55,341 nt of DNA from Thermoanaerobaculia bacterium (GCA_017998715.1 JAGOCP010000001.1:31900-87240); one strand, 5' to 3'; positions 8,024 to 16,800 are shown, counted from the stretch's first letter. Made by a program: numbers and translations. The notes: generated from the letters alone by a model not told the origin.

Positions 8024-10699
8024 TCAGGGAACCGTCGCCGACCAGGCCGCGCTGTTGGCGCTCTCGAACCCGTCCCGGAACAGCTGCAGGTCGATGCGAT
8101 AAGGCTCGCGCCAGGTCTCGGATCCGAGCGCCGAGAACAGGATTCGCGTCGCCGCAGGATCGACCGCCACGGACTGCGGGCGGCTCGCTGCGACTCCCGG
8201 CCAGGCTTCGGGCAGGAGCCTTACGGAAACGCCGTCGGTGATCCAGAGCTCCCTTCCGGCGACGCCGTCGTCGGCCGCGAACACCAATCGGTTGCCGGCG
8301 GCGACGAGATCGGTCGGGCCGCTCGAACCCACGCCAGGCAGCAAGTCGGCGACCCGCGCCACCTGGCTGCCGTCGGTCGACCACAGCTCATATCCGCCCG
8401 TCGGGTCCTGGGCCGAGAAATAGAGGCGCGCGCCGGCCGAGGTCAGATAGCTCGGGTAGGCGTCGCCGCCCAGCGGGTGAATGTCGGTGACGCGCTGGGC
8501 CGAGACGCCGTCGGTCTTCCAGACTTCGGCACCGAAAGACGGCTCGTCGAAGACGAAGTAAACGCCGCCCGGCCCGGCCGTCAGATCGCTCGGCGTGTCG
8601 ACGCCGGAGAGGTTCGACACCCGTGTGGCCGTCAAACCGTCGCTGCGCCAGACCTGCCTGCCGGTCACGCCATCGTCGGCCATGAAGTAGGCCGCGCCGT
8701 TCCACGCCACGAGCTCGTCGAGCCGGTCGGGTTCGCCGGCTCCCGGCACGATCTCGATCAGCGTCGGCTCGGCGTCGTTCTCGGCCATCGTGAAGAGCTC
8801 CCTGCCAGTGGGACCGGGTTCGCCGAAGAAGTAGAGCCGGTTCCCTGCGACGGTCAACTGGTCGGGCGAGAGGCCGGCCTGGTTGCCGAAATCGAGCATC
8901 ACAGCCGGCGATCCGGCGTCGGCGATGCGGAAGAGCTGCTCGCCGAGCAGCTCGTCGTAGGCGACGAAGAAGAGACTCGAACCGAGGACGACAAGCCGGC
9001 TCGGAGAGCTGCCGGAGCTCCCCGGGCGCAGCTCGAAGAGCTCGGTGCCGCCGGCCGTGCCGTCGCTGTGCCAGAGCTCGGCACCGGTCGCCGGAGTCGT
9101 GGCGCTGAACCAGATCTCGCCCTCGAACAGCGTGAACCTCGACGGCGACGAGGAGCCTGCGCCGACGTTGAGATCGATCGCTTCCGCACCGGCCGGCGTA
9201 CCGTCCGTCACCCAGAGCTCGCGCCCGGAAAGCGCGTCGTCCGCCGAGAAGAAGGCCGTCTCGCCGAGCCAGACGAACTCCGCCGGACTCGAAGAGTAGG
9301 TCGCGAGGTCGGTCTCCGGCATCTCTACGTCCGCGCTGTCGATCGACCAGAGCTCGCGAGCTCCCGCCGTCGAGACGCCGTAGAGCAGTCGGCCATCGCC
9401 GATGGCGAAGGCCGGGCCGGAGAGGCAGGAACCTTCCCACTCGATGGTACCGGCCGCCGTGCCGTCGGTGTGCCAGCAGTTGCCGCCCTCCAGGAAGTAG
9501 ACGCGGCTGTTCCACACCAGCGTGTGCTCGGGATTGCTGGGCGGGCCGGAGGTCGACAGATTCTTGATCTGCGCCACGGTCGCGCCGTCGTAGGTGAACA
9601 GCCGCGTGCCGCCGCCACCATCGTCGCCGGTGAAGACCAGCTTGGTCCCCAGCGCTGCGAGACCGTTGGGGCTCCCGTCGTCCAGCCCGGTTGAAAGGTC
9701 GGTGACCCGGCTGGTGACGCCGCCGACGCGCTGCCAGAGCTCGAACCCGAGGACGCCGTCGTCGGCGGTGAAGAAGAGCCGCGCGAGGCCCGGGTGCCAA
9801 AAGAACTTCGCGGGATAAGAGTCCTCCGTGGGGTGGATGTCCGCGAGCTGCAAGGTTCCGGGACCGCTGCCGTCGCTCGCCCAGGGTTCGCAGCCAGCGG
9901 CTACCGTGCAGGCGGAGAAGACGACATTGGCGCCGACGGCATAGAGCCCGGACGGATATCCCGAACCCGCGCCCGGCTCGATGTCCTTGACCAGGCTCAC
10001 GCCGCCGACCGTCCAGCGCCAGAGCTCGGTGCCGGCGGTGGCGTCGCCGGCGCGGAAGAAGAGGATGCCGCCGGCCGCAGCGAACTGACCGGGAGCGCTG
10101 CCGGGTAGCCCCGGATTGATGTCCGCGACCATCGTCGTGCCCCCGGCGGTGCCGTCCGTGACCCAGAGCTCGGCTCCCGAAACTCCATCGTTGGCGCTCA
10201 GGACCGCGCGGCCGGCGCCAATCGGGAAAAGGCCCGAAGGGAGAGAGGTGGCGCTGCCGGGGGCGATGTCCTCGACCAGAACCGTACCGCCGGGGGTACC
10301 GTCGGTGATCCAGAGCTCTCTGCCGGAAGCGGGCGAGTTGGCGGTGAAGAGCACCTGCGAACCGATGACCACGAACTGCTCCGGATTCGAGCCGGTCGGC
10401 CCGGGAAAGAGATCCGCCAGGCGCTCGGTCACGCCCGTGTCGAGATGGAGCACCCACGGCTCGAGGCCGGTCAGGCCATCGTCGCCGGAGAAGAAATGGA
10501 GGAGGCCAACCACGGCGACTTCGTCGTCGAAGCTCGCCCAGCCCGCAGCAGCGTTTCCGGTCGTGTTGATGTCGTCGACCAGCAGCGCCTGCGCGCCGAG
10601 GCCGCTCGCGCCCGCCAGCATCGCGACGCATATCGGCAGCGCCGACAAAAAGGGCATGGGGCGGCGGGTCGTCGCGCGGCAAGAGCTCGAGATGGGCAC
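8024..10699 (-). CDS. ELWxxDGT-repeat secreted protein (about 17 repeats of about 48-50 aa, propeller-like)
   Basis: The ORF is open to 10750. The GTG at 10699 has an AAGGAG Shine-Dalgarno (SD) sequence 8 nt upstream, and ATG 10657 is an alternative start. Signal peptide: ...RRPMPFLSALPICVAMLAGASGLGAQA. The repeated unit is G-x-ELW-x-TDGT-x-(A/G)GT-x-V-x-DI-x-PG-x-SS-x-P, for example RELWITDGTPGGT, AELWVTDGTAGGT and YELWSTDGSQ. The protein ends with LFRDGFESANSAAWSATVP. Confidence 0.85.
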   Translation of the reverse strand: MPISSSCRATTRRPMPFLSALPICVAMLAGASGLGAQALLVDDINTTGNAAAGWASFDDEVAVVGLLHFFSGDDGLTGLEPWVLHLDTGVTERLADLFPGPTGSNPEQFVVIGSQVLFTANSPASGRELWITDGTPGGTVLVEDIAPGSATSLPSGLFPIGAGRAVLSANDGVSGAELWVTDGTAGGTTMVADINPGLPGSAPGQFAAAGGILFFRAGDATAGTELWRWTVGGVSLVKDIEPGAGSGYPSGLYAVGANVVFSACTVAAGCEPWASDGSGPGTLQLADIHPTEDSYPAKFFWHPGLARLFFTADDGVLGFELWQRVGGVTSRVTDLSTGLDDGSPNGLAALGTKLVFTGDDGGGGTRLFTYDGATVAQIKNLSTSGPPSNPEHTLVWNSRVYFLEGGNCWHTDGTAAGTIEWEGSCLSGPAFAIGDGRLLYGVSTAGARELWSIDSADVEMPETDLATYSSSPAEFVWLGETAFFSADDALSGRELWVTDGTPAGAEAIDLNVGAGSSSPSRFTLFEGEIWFSATTPATGAELWHSDGTAGGTELFELRPGSSGSSPSRLVVLGSSLFFVAYDELLGEQLFRIADAGSPAVMLDFGNQAGLSPDQLTVAGNRLYFFGEPGPTGRELFTMAENDAEPTLIEIVPGAGEPDRLDELVAWNGAAYFMADDGVTGRQVWRSDGLTATRVSNLSGVDTPSDLTAGPGGVYFVFDEPSFGAEVWKTDGVSAQRVTDIHPLGGDAYPSYLTSAGARLYFSAQDPTGGYELWSTDGSQVARVADLLPGVGSSGPTDLVAAGNRLVFAADDGVAGRELWITDGVSVRLLPEAWPGVAASRPQSVAVDPAATRILFSALGSETWREPYRIDLQLFRDGFESANSAAWSATVP

Positions 10700-10802
10700 A
10701 GTGCGGTCTCCTTTTCCATGGTGGCGAAAGGCACGACCGGAACTGGACATCGGCCGGTGAGACCAGCGGGCGGTGCGCGGCGGGTGACCGCGCAGGCGGC
10801 GG

Positions 10803-11015
10803 TCAGGCCTTCTTGAGGAAGCAGGTCTTGAGGATCAGCCCCTTCACCTTGTCGGTGTTGCAGGCGATCTCTTCTTCGTCCTCCGTCAGGCGGATGTTCT
10901 TGATCTTGGTGCCCTGTTTGAGGGTGACCGACGTGCCCTTCACCTTCAGGTCCTTGATCACCAGAACCGAGTCGCCCTGGCTGAGGATGTTGCCGTGACA
11001 GTCCTTGACTTCCAT
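10803..11015 (-). CDS. PhnA/YjdM C-terminal-domain-only protein (70 aa)
   Basis: The internal ATG at 11015 of ORF 10803..11177 has a GGGAG SD upstream. MEVKDCHGNILSQGDSVLVIKDLKVKGTSVTLKQGTKIKNIRL... aligns well with the C-terminal half of E. coli PhnA/YjdM as I remember it. The N-terminal zinc ribbon is absent. Confidence 0.85.
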   Translation of the reverse strand: MEVKDCHGNILSQGDSVLVIKDLKVKGTSVTLKQGTKIKNIRLTEDEEEIACNTDKVKGLILKTCFLKKA

Positions 11016-11124
11016 GAGTGGCTCCCTTGACCACCGATCGTACCAAGCGGGCTCGGCGAAGCTGCCCGCAGCGGAGGAGATCGCCAATGACCGGTTGGGG
11101 GGCAGCGGCGGCCGCAGAGCGATA

Positions 11125-11164
11125 GTCTCCCCGCGACTCCAGCCTGTCCGACGCCCGGGGAGAC
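11125..11164 (+). promoter_or_regulatory. 5'-UTR hairpin whose 3' arm contains the SD of the HIT-like gene
   Basis: GTCTCCCCG (11125-11133) pairs perfectly with CGGGGAGAC (11156-11164), with a 22-nt loop. The GGGGAG SD lies within the 3' arm, and the ATG is at 11168. Confidence 0.5.
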
Positions 11165-11167
11165 GAG

Positions 11168-11629
11168 ATGGAAGCAAACCTGATCCACGAATCCAGGCAC
11201 TTCACCACCCGTCAGGCTACGGACACGTGTGTGCCGGGTCATCTCGTCGTCGCCAGCAAGGCCCCTTGCACGTCGCTCGACGGCTTCACCCCCGACCAGG
11301 CCGCGGATCTCATGCGCTGCCTCGTACAGGCCGAGACCCTGGTGCAGCAGATTCTCCAGCCCGAGAGAATCTACGTTCTGAAGTTCGGCGAGGCGGTGCC
11401 GCGGATCCACTTCCACGTCTTCCCCAGAACCGCCAGGCTCCTCGAGGCCTACCTCGCCGAGGTCGCTGACCGGGAACCGTACAGCGGCGCGCGCATCATG
11501 GACTGGGTATGGAGTCACCCCGGGTCCGCCGGCTTCGCCGAGGAGGACATTCAGACGTTCATCGAAGCGGCCCGGGCCCGCCTGAGCTCGCCTCGGCCCG
11601 TTGGGCGACCCGGCGCACCAGGCCGCTGA
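11168..11629 (+). CDS. HIT-like family protein
   Basis: 153-aa ORF. VPGHLVVASK...RIHFHVFPR is a HIT-type histidine motif region. A GGGGAG SD lies 5 nt upstream of the ATG. The 3' end overlaps the convergent SDR gene by 71 nt. Confidence 0.65.
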   Translation: MEANLIHESRHFTTRQATDTCVPGHLVVASKAPCTSLDGFTPDQAADLMRCLVQAETLVQQILQPERIYVLKFGEAVPRIHFHVFPRTARLLEAYLAEVADREPYSGARIMDWVWSHPGSAGFAEEDIQTFIEAARARLSSPRPVGRPGAPGR

Positions 11630-13034
11630 AGATCAGCGCGTGCACCGGGTAGAGCGCATACCAGTAGAGCAGCCCGGCGAGTCCCTTGGGAGCGAAGAAG
11701 GCGGTCTGCGCCAACACACTCTCGCCTTCGGCCTCGCGCACCTCGAACTGCAGCCAGGCGCGGCCAGGCACTTTCATCTCGGCGCGCAGGCGCAGCAGCG
11801 TCGGCGGCTCGACGGCTTCGACGCGCCAGAAGTCGAGCGCATCGCCGGGGCGTAACTCGACCGGATCGCGGCGGCCGCGGCGCATGCCGACGCCCCCCAC
11901 CAGGCGGTCCAGGGCGCCGCGCACCCGCCAGGTCCAGTCCATGTAGAGCCAGCCGGTGCGTCCGCCGAGCCGACTCACCGCGGCGAAGACGCGCTCCGGG
12001 CTCGCCGCGACACGTATCTCACGACGCTCGAGGATCATCCCCTCGCGGTTCTCCAACCGCACGATCGGCCGATCGCCCTGGCTCGACGAGAGCGCGTCGC
12101 TCCAACTCGTCTCGACCGCGCCGGCGTCGAGTTTCTCCAGGGCGAGTCGCACCGCCTCGCGGAAGCCGAGTGGCACGACCTCGGGAAAGAGCTGGCGCGC
12201 AAGCGTGTCGCGCACGACCACCTCGTTCTTCAGGCCGAGGACGAGCGGGCGCGCGATGGCCGCCGGAATCGGCGTCACCAGATGGACCCACAGCGAAGAG
12301 AGCCGCGGCGTCAGCACGGGGACCGGCAGCAACCACCGCCGCAGCCCGCGGGCTGCGGCGTAACCGGTCATCATCTCGCCGTAGGTGACGACGTCGGCGC
12401 CACCGATCTCGATCGTCCGCCCGGCGCTTTCGGGATGTTCGAGTGCGGCGACGAGATAGTCGAGCACGTTGCGGATCGCGATCGGCTGCGTGCGGGTGAA
12501 GACCCAGCGCGGGCAGATCATGATCGGCACGCGCTCGGCGAGGTAGCGGATCATCTCGAACGACAGGCTCCCCGAGCCGACGATGACTCCGGCCCGCAGC
12601 TCGGTCACCGGCACTCCGGCCTCGCCGAGCGCGACGCCGGTCTCCTGCCGCGAGCGCAGGTGATGCGAGAGCGCCGTGGCCGGGTCGCCGAGGCCGCCGA
12701 GATAGACGATGCGTCCGACGCTGGCGGCGCGTGCCGCGGCGCCGAAGGCCGCCGCGGCCTCGCGATCGCGCCGGGCGAACTCCTCGCCGGTTCCCAGGCT
12801 GTGGATCAGGTAGAAGGCGACGTCGATCCCGGCGAGCGCGGGAGCGAGCGTCGCCGGCGCCAGCGCGTCGCCGGCCACCACCTCGACCCGGTCGCGCCAG
12901 GGTCTGCCGGCGAGCCGCTCGGGGTCGCGCGCCAGGCAGCGCACGGCGTGGCCGGCCGCGAGCAGCCGCGGCACCAGACGTCCACCGACATAGCCGGTGG
13001 CACCGGTCACCAGGATCCGCCGCGCGGTCTTCAT
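11559..13034 (-). CDS. NAD(P)-binding SDR/NmrA-like domain fused to a DUF2867-like C-terminal domain
   Basis: The internal ATG at 13034 of ORF 11559..13298 gives MKTARRILVTGATGYVGGRLVPRLL, a Rossmann TGxxGxxG motif. The C-terminal roughly 170 aa (...DFWRVEAVEPPTLLRLRAEMKVPGRAWLQFEV...) resembles DUF2867. Confidence 0.8.
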   Translation of the reverse strand: MKTARRILVTGATGYVGGRLVPRLLAAGHAVRCLARDPERLAGRPWRDRVEVVAGDALAPATLAPALAGIDVAFYLIHSLGTGEEFARRDREAAAAFGAAARAASVGRIVYLGGLGDPATALSHHLRSRQETGVALGEAGVPVTELRAGVIVGSGSLSFEMIRYLAERVPIMICPRWVFTRTQPIAIRNVLDYLVAALEHPESAGRTIEIGGADVVTYGEMMTGYAAARGLRRWLLPVPVLTPRLSSLWVHLVTPIPAAIARPLVLGLKNEVVVRDTLARQLFPEVVPLGFREAVRLALEKLDAGAVETSWSDALSSSQGDRPIVRLENREGMILERREIRVAASPERVFAAVSRLGGRTGWLYMDWTWRVRGALDRLVGGVGMRRGRRDPVELRPGDALDFWRVEAVEPPTLLRLRAEMKVPGRAWLQFEVREAEGESVLAQTAFFAPKGLAGLLYWYALYPVHALIFSGLVRRVAQRAEASSGGPGPLR

Positions 13035-13162
13035 CCTGTCCACTGTACTCGCTACGCGGCACTTTGGATGGGCATTCCTCCTCTCCGCCGCGAAAGAGGG
13101 CTCAGCAGCTCTCGCCGACCGCTGGGCCCGCCACGGTGTGGCCGGCCGGAGGGCCGCGCGGC

Positions 13163-16100
13163 TCAGGGCACCGTGTTCGACCAGAGCGCCGTCGAGCCGA
13201 GCTCGAAGCCGTCGGCGAAGATCGTGGTCGCGGGCGGCGGCGAGGAGAAGTCGTCGTTGCGGATCTCGCCCGCGGCCACCGTGTCGTAGGCGATCCACAT
13301 GCCGCCAGAAGGCGCGGTGGTGATCGCGACCAGGAGCGTCTCACCGGCCTCGACGTCGGTATCGCCGGCGACCACAATCTCGACCTGCTGCGTCTGCGTC
13401 GTGGCGCTGACAGGGAATGCCAACGTGCCGGTCGCCGCCGTGTAGTCTTCGCCGGCGGTAGCGCTGCCATCCTCGGTCGCATAGGTCACGGTGACCGGAT
13501 GGTCGGTGGGAGACAGATGCACCTCGAAGCTCAGCGTGCCGGTGCCGCTCGCGCCCTCGTCGACGAAGCTGTCGTCGATCACGATCCCGGGGAACGCCGG
13601 ACTGTTGTCGAAGATGTAGAGGTCGGAGGCGGCGAGCCCGAGCGTGGCTCCGCCGGTCGGCGAGGCGAGCGCCAGATCGGCGTACTCCGGGTCGGTCTCG
13701 GGAGCGGGATCGAAGAGGATCGGGATCTTCACCACCTTGACGACCTCCCACGGGGCGAAGGTGAGCACCTGGTCGGAGTCCGTGTAGTCCTGGCCGGCGA
13801 TCGCCGTGTCGTTGGTGCTGGTGAAGGTCACGGAGGCTGTTCCCGCGAGGCCGTGGCTGCGCGTGATCATGGCGTCGCCGGTCGCGAGCACCCCTTCGTA
13901 GGAGAGCACCGCGTTGCGATAGAACTGCAACTTCCCGGGATTCGGCCCGCCAACGGCGACGCAGGGCGAAAACTCCGAGGTGTTGCCGAGCGGATCGGTG
14001 ACCGTCGCGGTCAGGAATGGGTCGACGAGCGCCAGCGGAATCACGGTCGCGAGCGTCGCCTGCCCGCCGCCGCCGGTGGTGACGAGGGTCGAGCCGCGAA
14101 ACGTTCGCCCCTCGCCGAAGCCGGTCGTACTGCAGACCGGACTGGAGAAAAACTCGACGCGATACTCGGTGTTCGGCTCGTTGATCAGGAGACCCTGGAT
14201 GGTGGTGACGCCGCCCCCGGCGACCGCCGACGAGATCAACGGGTAGTTCTGGTTGCGGTTGCCGCCGCCGTCGCCGTCGCCGCCGTCGTTGGGCGCGATC
14301 CCCTGTTCGCCGATGTCGATGCCGAGCAGCGCATTGCCGAAGATCGAGTTGCCCGAGATTTCGTTGCGGTCGCCGTGCTCGACCCACAGGCCGATGAAGC
14401 CGTTGTTGGCGATCACGTTGCCTTCGCCGGCTGCCGTGCCGCCGATCTTGTTGCCGACCGCGTCGAGCACGTAGATGCCGAGTTGGGCGTTGCCAAGGCC
14501 AGGGGCGAGCGCCGGATTGGTGCCGATCCAGTTGCCCTGGATGACGTTGCCGCTCGTCGCTGCGCCGCTGAGGGTGATCCCCTGGTAGGTGAAGCCGGCG
14601 ATGACGTTGCCCGCCCCCGGCGTGCCGATCGTGTTGCCGGGCGAATAGATCTCGATGCCGCTGCCGGTGTCGGCGAGATCGGCGGTCGCCGCGGCGTTCA
14701 GGCCGAGGATGTTGTTGCGCATCACATTGCCGGTCGCCCCCTGCTCGAAGGAGACACTGCGCACGTTGCCGGCGATGACGTTGCCATCCGCGGCTGCCGG
14801 CCCGCCGATCTCGCAGTCGGTCTCGCCGTAGCCGCGCAGACCGAAGCCGCCGTTGGCGAGCGCCGCGTTGCCCGCGGCGTCGGTGCCGACGTAGTTGCCG
14901 CGCACGACGAGCCCCGAGCCGGCGAGCACGACGCCGTGGCTCGAGTTGCCCGAGACGAGGTTGCGCGCGGCGGCGGAGCCGCCGCCCAGCATGTGGCCGT
15001 CGCCATCGAGCACGACACCGGATTGATTCGGAATCGCCGCGGTGCCGGCGGCATTCGTGCCGACCTTGTTGCCCTGGATCGTCACTGCCGAGCTCGCGCC
15101 ATCCGTCACGATGCCATCGGAGCCGTTGCCAGAGACGAGATTGCCTTCGCCGGCGGCGGTGCCGCCGATCGTGACGCCGCTCGCGGCCAGCACCCGGATG
15201 CCGATGCCGCCGTTGGCCAGAGCCGCCGTCCCGGCGGCGTTCGTGCCGATGTAGTTGCCGCGGATCAGGTGACCGGTGCCGCTGACGCTCACGCCACCCT
15301 GGGAGTTTCCCGAGATGACGTTGCTCTCACCCGCCGTGTCGCCGCCCAGAGTGTGATTGGAGCCACCGAGGCTCACGCCGCCTCCATTCGGCACCGCTGC
15401 CGTGCCGGTCGAGTTCACTCCGATGTAGTTCGCACTCACCACGCAGCCCGCAGCCGGGCTCTCGAGCGAAATGCCGACACTGGTGTTGCCCGAGATGACG
15501 TTGCGGGTCGTGGCGTCGGCGCCGCCGATGGTGCAGTTGCTGCCGAAGACGCGCAGACCCATTGGCTGACCCGCGAGCGCCGCGGTGCCAGCAGCGTTGG
15601 TGCCGATGTAGTTGCCGAAGACCGTCACGCCGTTCGCGGTGCTGCCGAGGGCGATGCCGTTGAAACCGTTGCCGGAGATGACATTGCGGCCGGCCGCGAA
15701 CGTGCTGCCGATGGTATGCCCGCCGGTCAGCGACCGTATCCCGCCGCCGGCGTTGCCCAGGCCGGCGGCTCCGGTCGCATCGACGCCGATGTTGTTGCCG
15801 TGAATCGTCCAGCTGGCGGAGGTGTTGTCGAGATCGATCCCCAGGCCACCGTTGCCGGAGATGGTATTGCCCCGACCGGCGAGCGCCCCGCCGACGAAGA
15901 CGCCGGTGCCGCCGGTGCCATAGATGCCGTTGCCGTCGTTGGGCACCGCAGCGGTGCCGGCGGCGTTGGTGCCGATGCGGTTGGCCCGGATTGTCACGTT
16001 GTTGCCGCCGGCCTGCACCAGAATGCCGCGCTCGCCGTTGCCCGAGATGACGTTGCCGACGTTGGCGTTGCCGATCGCGCAGTTGGCGCCGGAGAGGCGG

Positions 16101-16621
16101 ATTCCCGACAGTCCGTTGCCGGCGTCGGTCGTGCCGTCGAGTGCCAAGCCGACGTAGGACCGTGTGACGACCGTCGTCGCGCTCAGGATCTCGAGACCGT
16201 GGCCGGGAAAGCCGGTGACCGCGAGGGCCGAAATGCTCGAGGAAGAGGCGCCGGCGGCGAAGCTCAGGCCGTTGCCCGAGGCGAGACCGGCACCATCGAT
16301 CCGCACGACCGGCGCGCTTGCCCAGCCGGGCGCGGAGGTGCCGTTCACCACCAGGGACCCGGTGATCTGCGGCAGAGCGCTGCCGGAGATCGTGAACAGG
16401 CCGGCAACGCCGAAGGTGATCGTGTCGCCGCCGGCGGCGGCGTTCGCGGCGACGATCGCCTCGCGCAGCGAGCAGTCGGCGTCGCAGACGCCGTCGTTGG
16501 TGTCGGCGGTCTTCGACACGGCGAAGGTCGCCGCCCGGGCAGGCGAGGCCGGTACGACGGCGGCGAACAGCAGGGCGAGGAGGCAGATGGGAGTGCGCCC
16601 TCGGCGGGCAGAGTGGATCAT
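13163..16621 (-). CDS. Giant secreted CSLREA-domain / right-handed parallel beta-helix repeat / triple Calx-beta protein (about 1152 aa)
   Basis: The internal ATG at 16621 of ORF 13163..16693 has a GGAG motif upstream and gives the signal peptide MIHSARRGRTPICLLALLFAAVVPASPARA. Then comes TADTNDGVCDADCSLREAIVAANAAAGGDTITF, the CSLREA motif. Many turns of about 22-25 aa follow (GN-x-I-x-GN-YIGTNAAGTAA-x-x-N). Three Calx-beta-like modules come next (AIAGQDYT..., SATAGEDYTAATGTLAF...). The protein ends with IFADGFELGSTALWSNTVP. Confidence 0.85.
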   Translation of the reverse strand: MIHSARRGRTPICLLALLFAAVVPASPARAATFAVSKTADTNDGVCDADCSLREAIVAANAAAGGDTITFGVAGLFTISGSALPQITGSLVVNGTSAPGWASAPVVRIDGAGLASGNGLSFAAGASSSSISALAVTGFPGHGLEILSATTVVTRSYVGLALDGTTDAGNGLSGIRLSGANCAIGNANVGNVISGNGERGILVQAGGNNVTIRANRIGTNAAGTAAVPNDGNGIYGTGGTGVFVGGALAGRGNTISGNGGLGIDLDNTSASWTIHGNNIGVDATGAAGLGNAGGGIRSLTGGHTIGSTFAAGRNVISGNGFNGIALGSTANGVTVFGNYIGTNAAGTAALAGQPMGLRVFGSNCTIGGADATTRNVISGNTSVGISLESPAAGCVVSANYIGVNSTGTAAVPNGGGVSLGGSNHTLGGDTAGESNVISGNSQGGVSVSGTGHLIRGNYIGTNAAGTAALANGGIGIRVLAASGVTIGGTAAGEGNLVSGNGSDGIVTDGASSAVTIQGNKVGTNAAGTAAIPNQSGVVLDGDGHMLGGGSAAARNLVSGNSSHGVVLAGSGLVVRGNYVGTDAAGNAALANGGFGLRGYGETDCEIGGPAAADGNVIAGNVRSVSFEQGATGNVMRNNILGLNAAATADLADTGSGIEIYSPGNTIGTPGAGNVIAGFTYQGITLSGAATSGNVIQGNWIGTNPALAPGLGNAQLGIYVLDAVGNKIGGTAAGEGNVIANNGFIGLWVEHGDRNEISGNSIFGNALLGIDIGEQGIAPNDGGDGDGGGNRNQNYPLISSAVAGGGVTTIQGLLINEPNTEYRVEFFSSPVCSTTGFGEGRTFRGSTLVTTGGGGQATLATVIPLALVDPFLTATVTDPLGNTSEFSPCVAVGGPNPGKLQFYRNAVLSYEGVLATGDAMITRSHGLAGTASVTFTSTNDTAIAGQDYTDSDQVLTFAPWEVVKVVKIPILFDPAPETDPEYADLALASPTGGATLGLAASDLYIFDNSPAFPGIVIDDSFVDEGASGTGTLSFEVHLSPTDHPVTVTYATEDGSATAGEDYTAATGTLAFPVSATTQTQQVEIVVAGDTDVEAGETLLVAITTAPSGGMWIAYDTVAAGEIRNDDFSSPPPATTIFADGFELGSTALWSNTVP

Positions 16622-16800
16622 CGTGGGCTCCAGGGATCGGGTCAAAGTCGCGTGGTCTGCAGATCGTAGGCAGCCGAGGGGAACATCGGCCATCGCATGG
16701 AGATGCGAGAACGTCGAGAAAAAGTGCCAGAGCCTCGCGGCACCAGCTGTGGCATCCTGTGGTCGCGCTCACCGCAAAGGGGGCGCCGGGAGAGAGCCAG

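Noticed and set aside
8388-10682. 764-aa ORF on the same strand as the ELWxxDGT gene but in another frame
   Set aside because: It is an out-of-frame shadow with an Arg/Gly/Pro-rich translation and no repeat signature. The ELW frame explains the region completely.
10657-10699. Twin-arginine (Tat) signal in the ELWxxDGT protein (TTRRPMPFL)
   Set aside because: RR is present, but the following residues do not match the S/T-RR-x-F-L-K spacing. A Sec-type signal is the simpler reading, and the start-codon choice (10699, 10657 or 10750) remains uncertain.
8024-16621. Periodic DNA repeats that might be mistaken for CRISPR or satellite arrays
   Set aside because: The periodicities (about 145 nt in the ELW gene, about 70 nt in the beta-helix gene) are in-frame coding repeats with divergent sequence and no spacer/repeat alternation. 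No cas genes are present.
12731-16669. 1312-aa ORF on the + strand, the longest ORF in the track
   Set aside because: It is the antisense shadow of the CSLREA/beta-helix gene. The product is Arg/Ala/Gly/Asp-rich low complexity with no motif. The minus-strand frame carries a signal peptide, recognisable domains and the GC3 bias. Stop codons are simply rare in DNA of about 70% GC.
16622-16800. TPP riboswitch upstream of the thiO-like gene, and a sigma-54 promoter (GGCACC..TGGCAT)
   Set aside because: I could not find the conserved TPP-aptamer elements (CUGAGA and ACCUGAUCUGGAUAAUGCCAGCG-like segments). The GG/GC spacing of the sigma-54-like string is off by one and lacks TTGC. Only short 5-6-bp hairpins are present.
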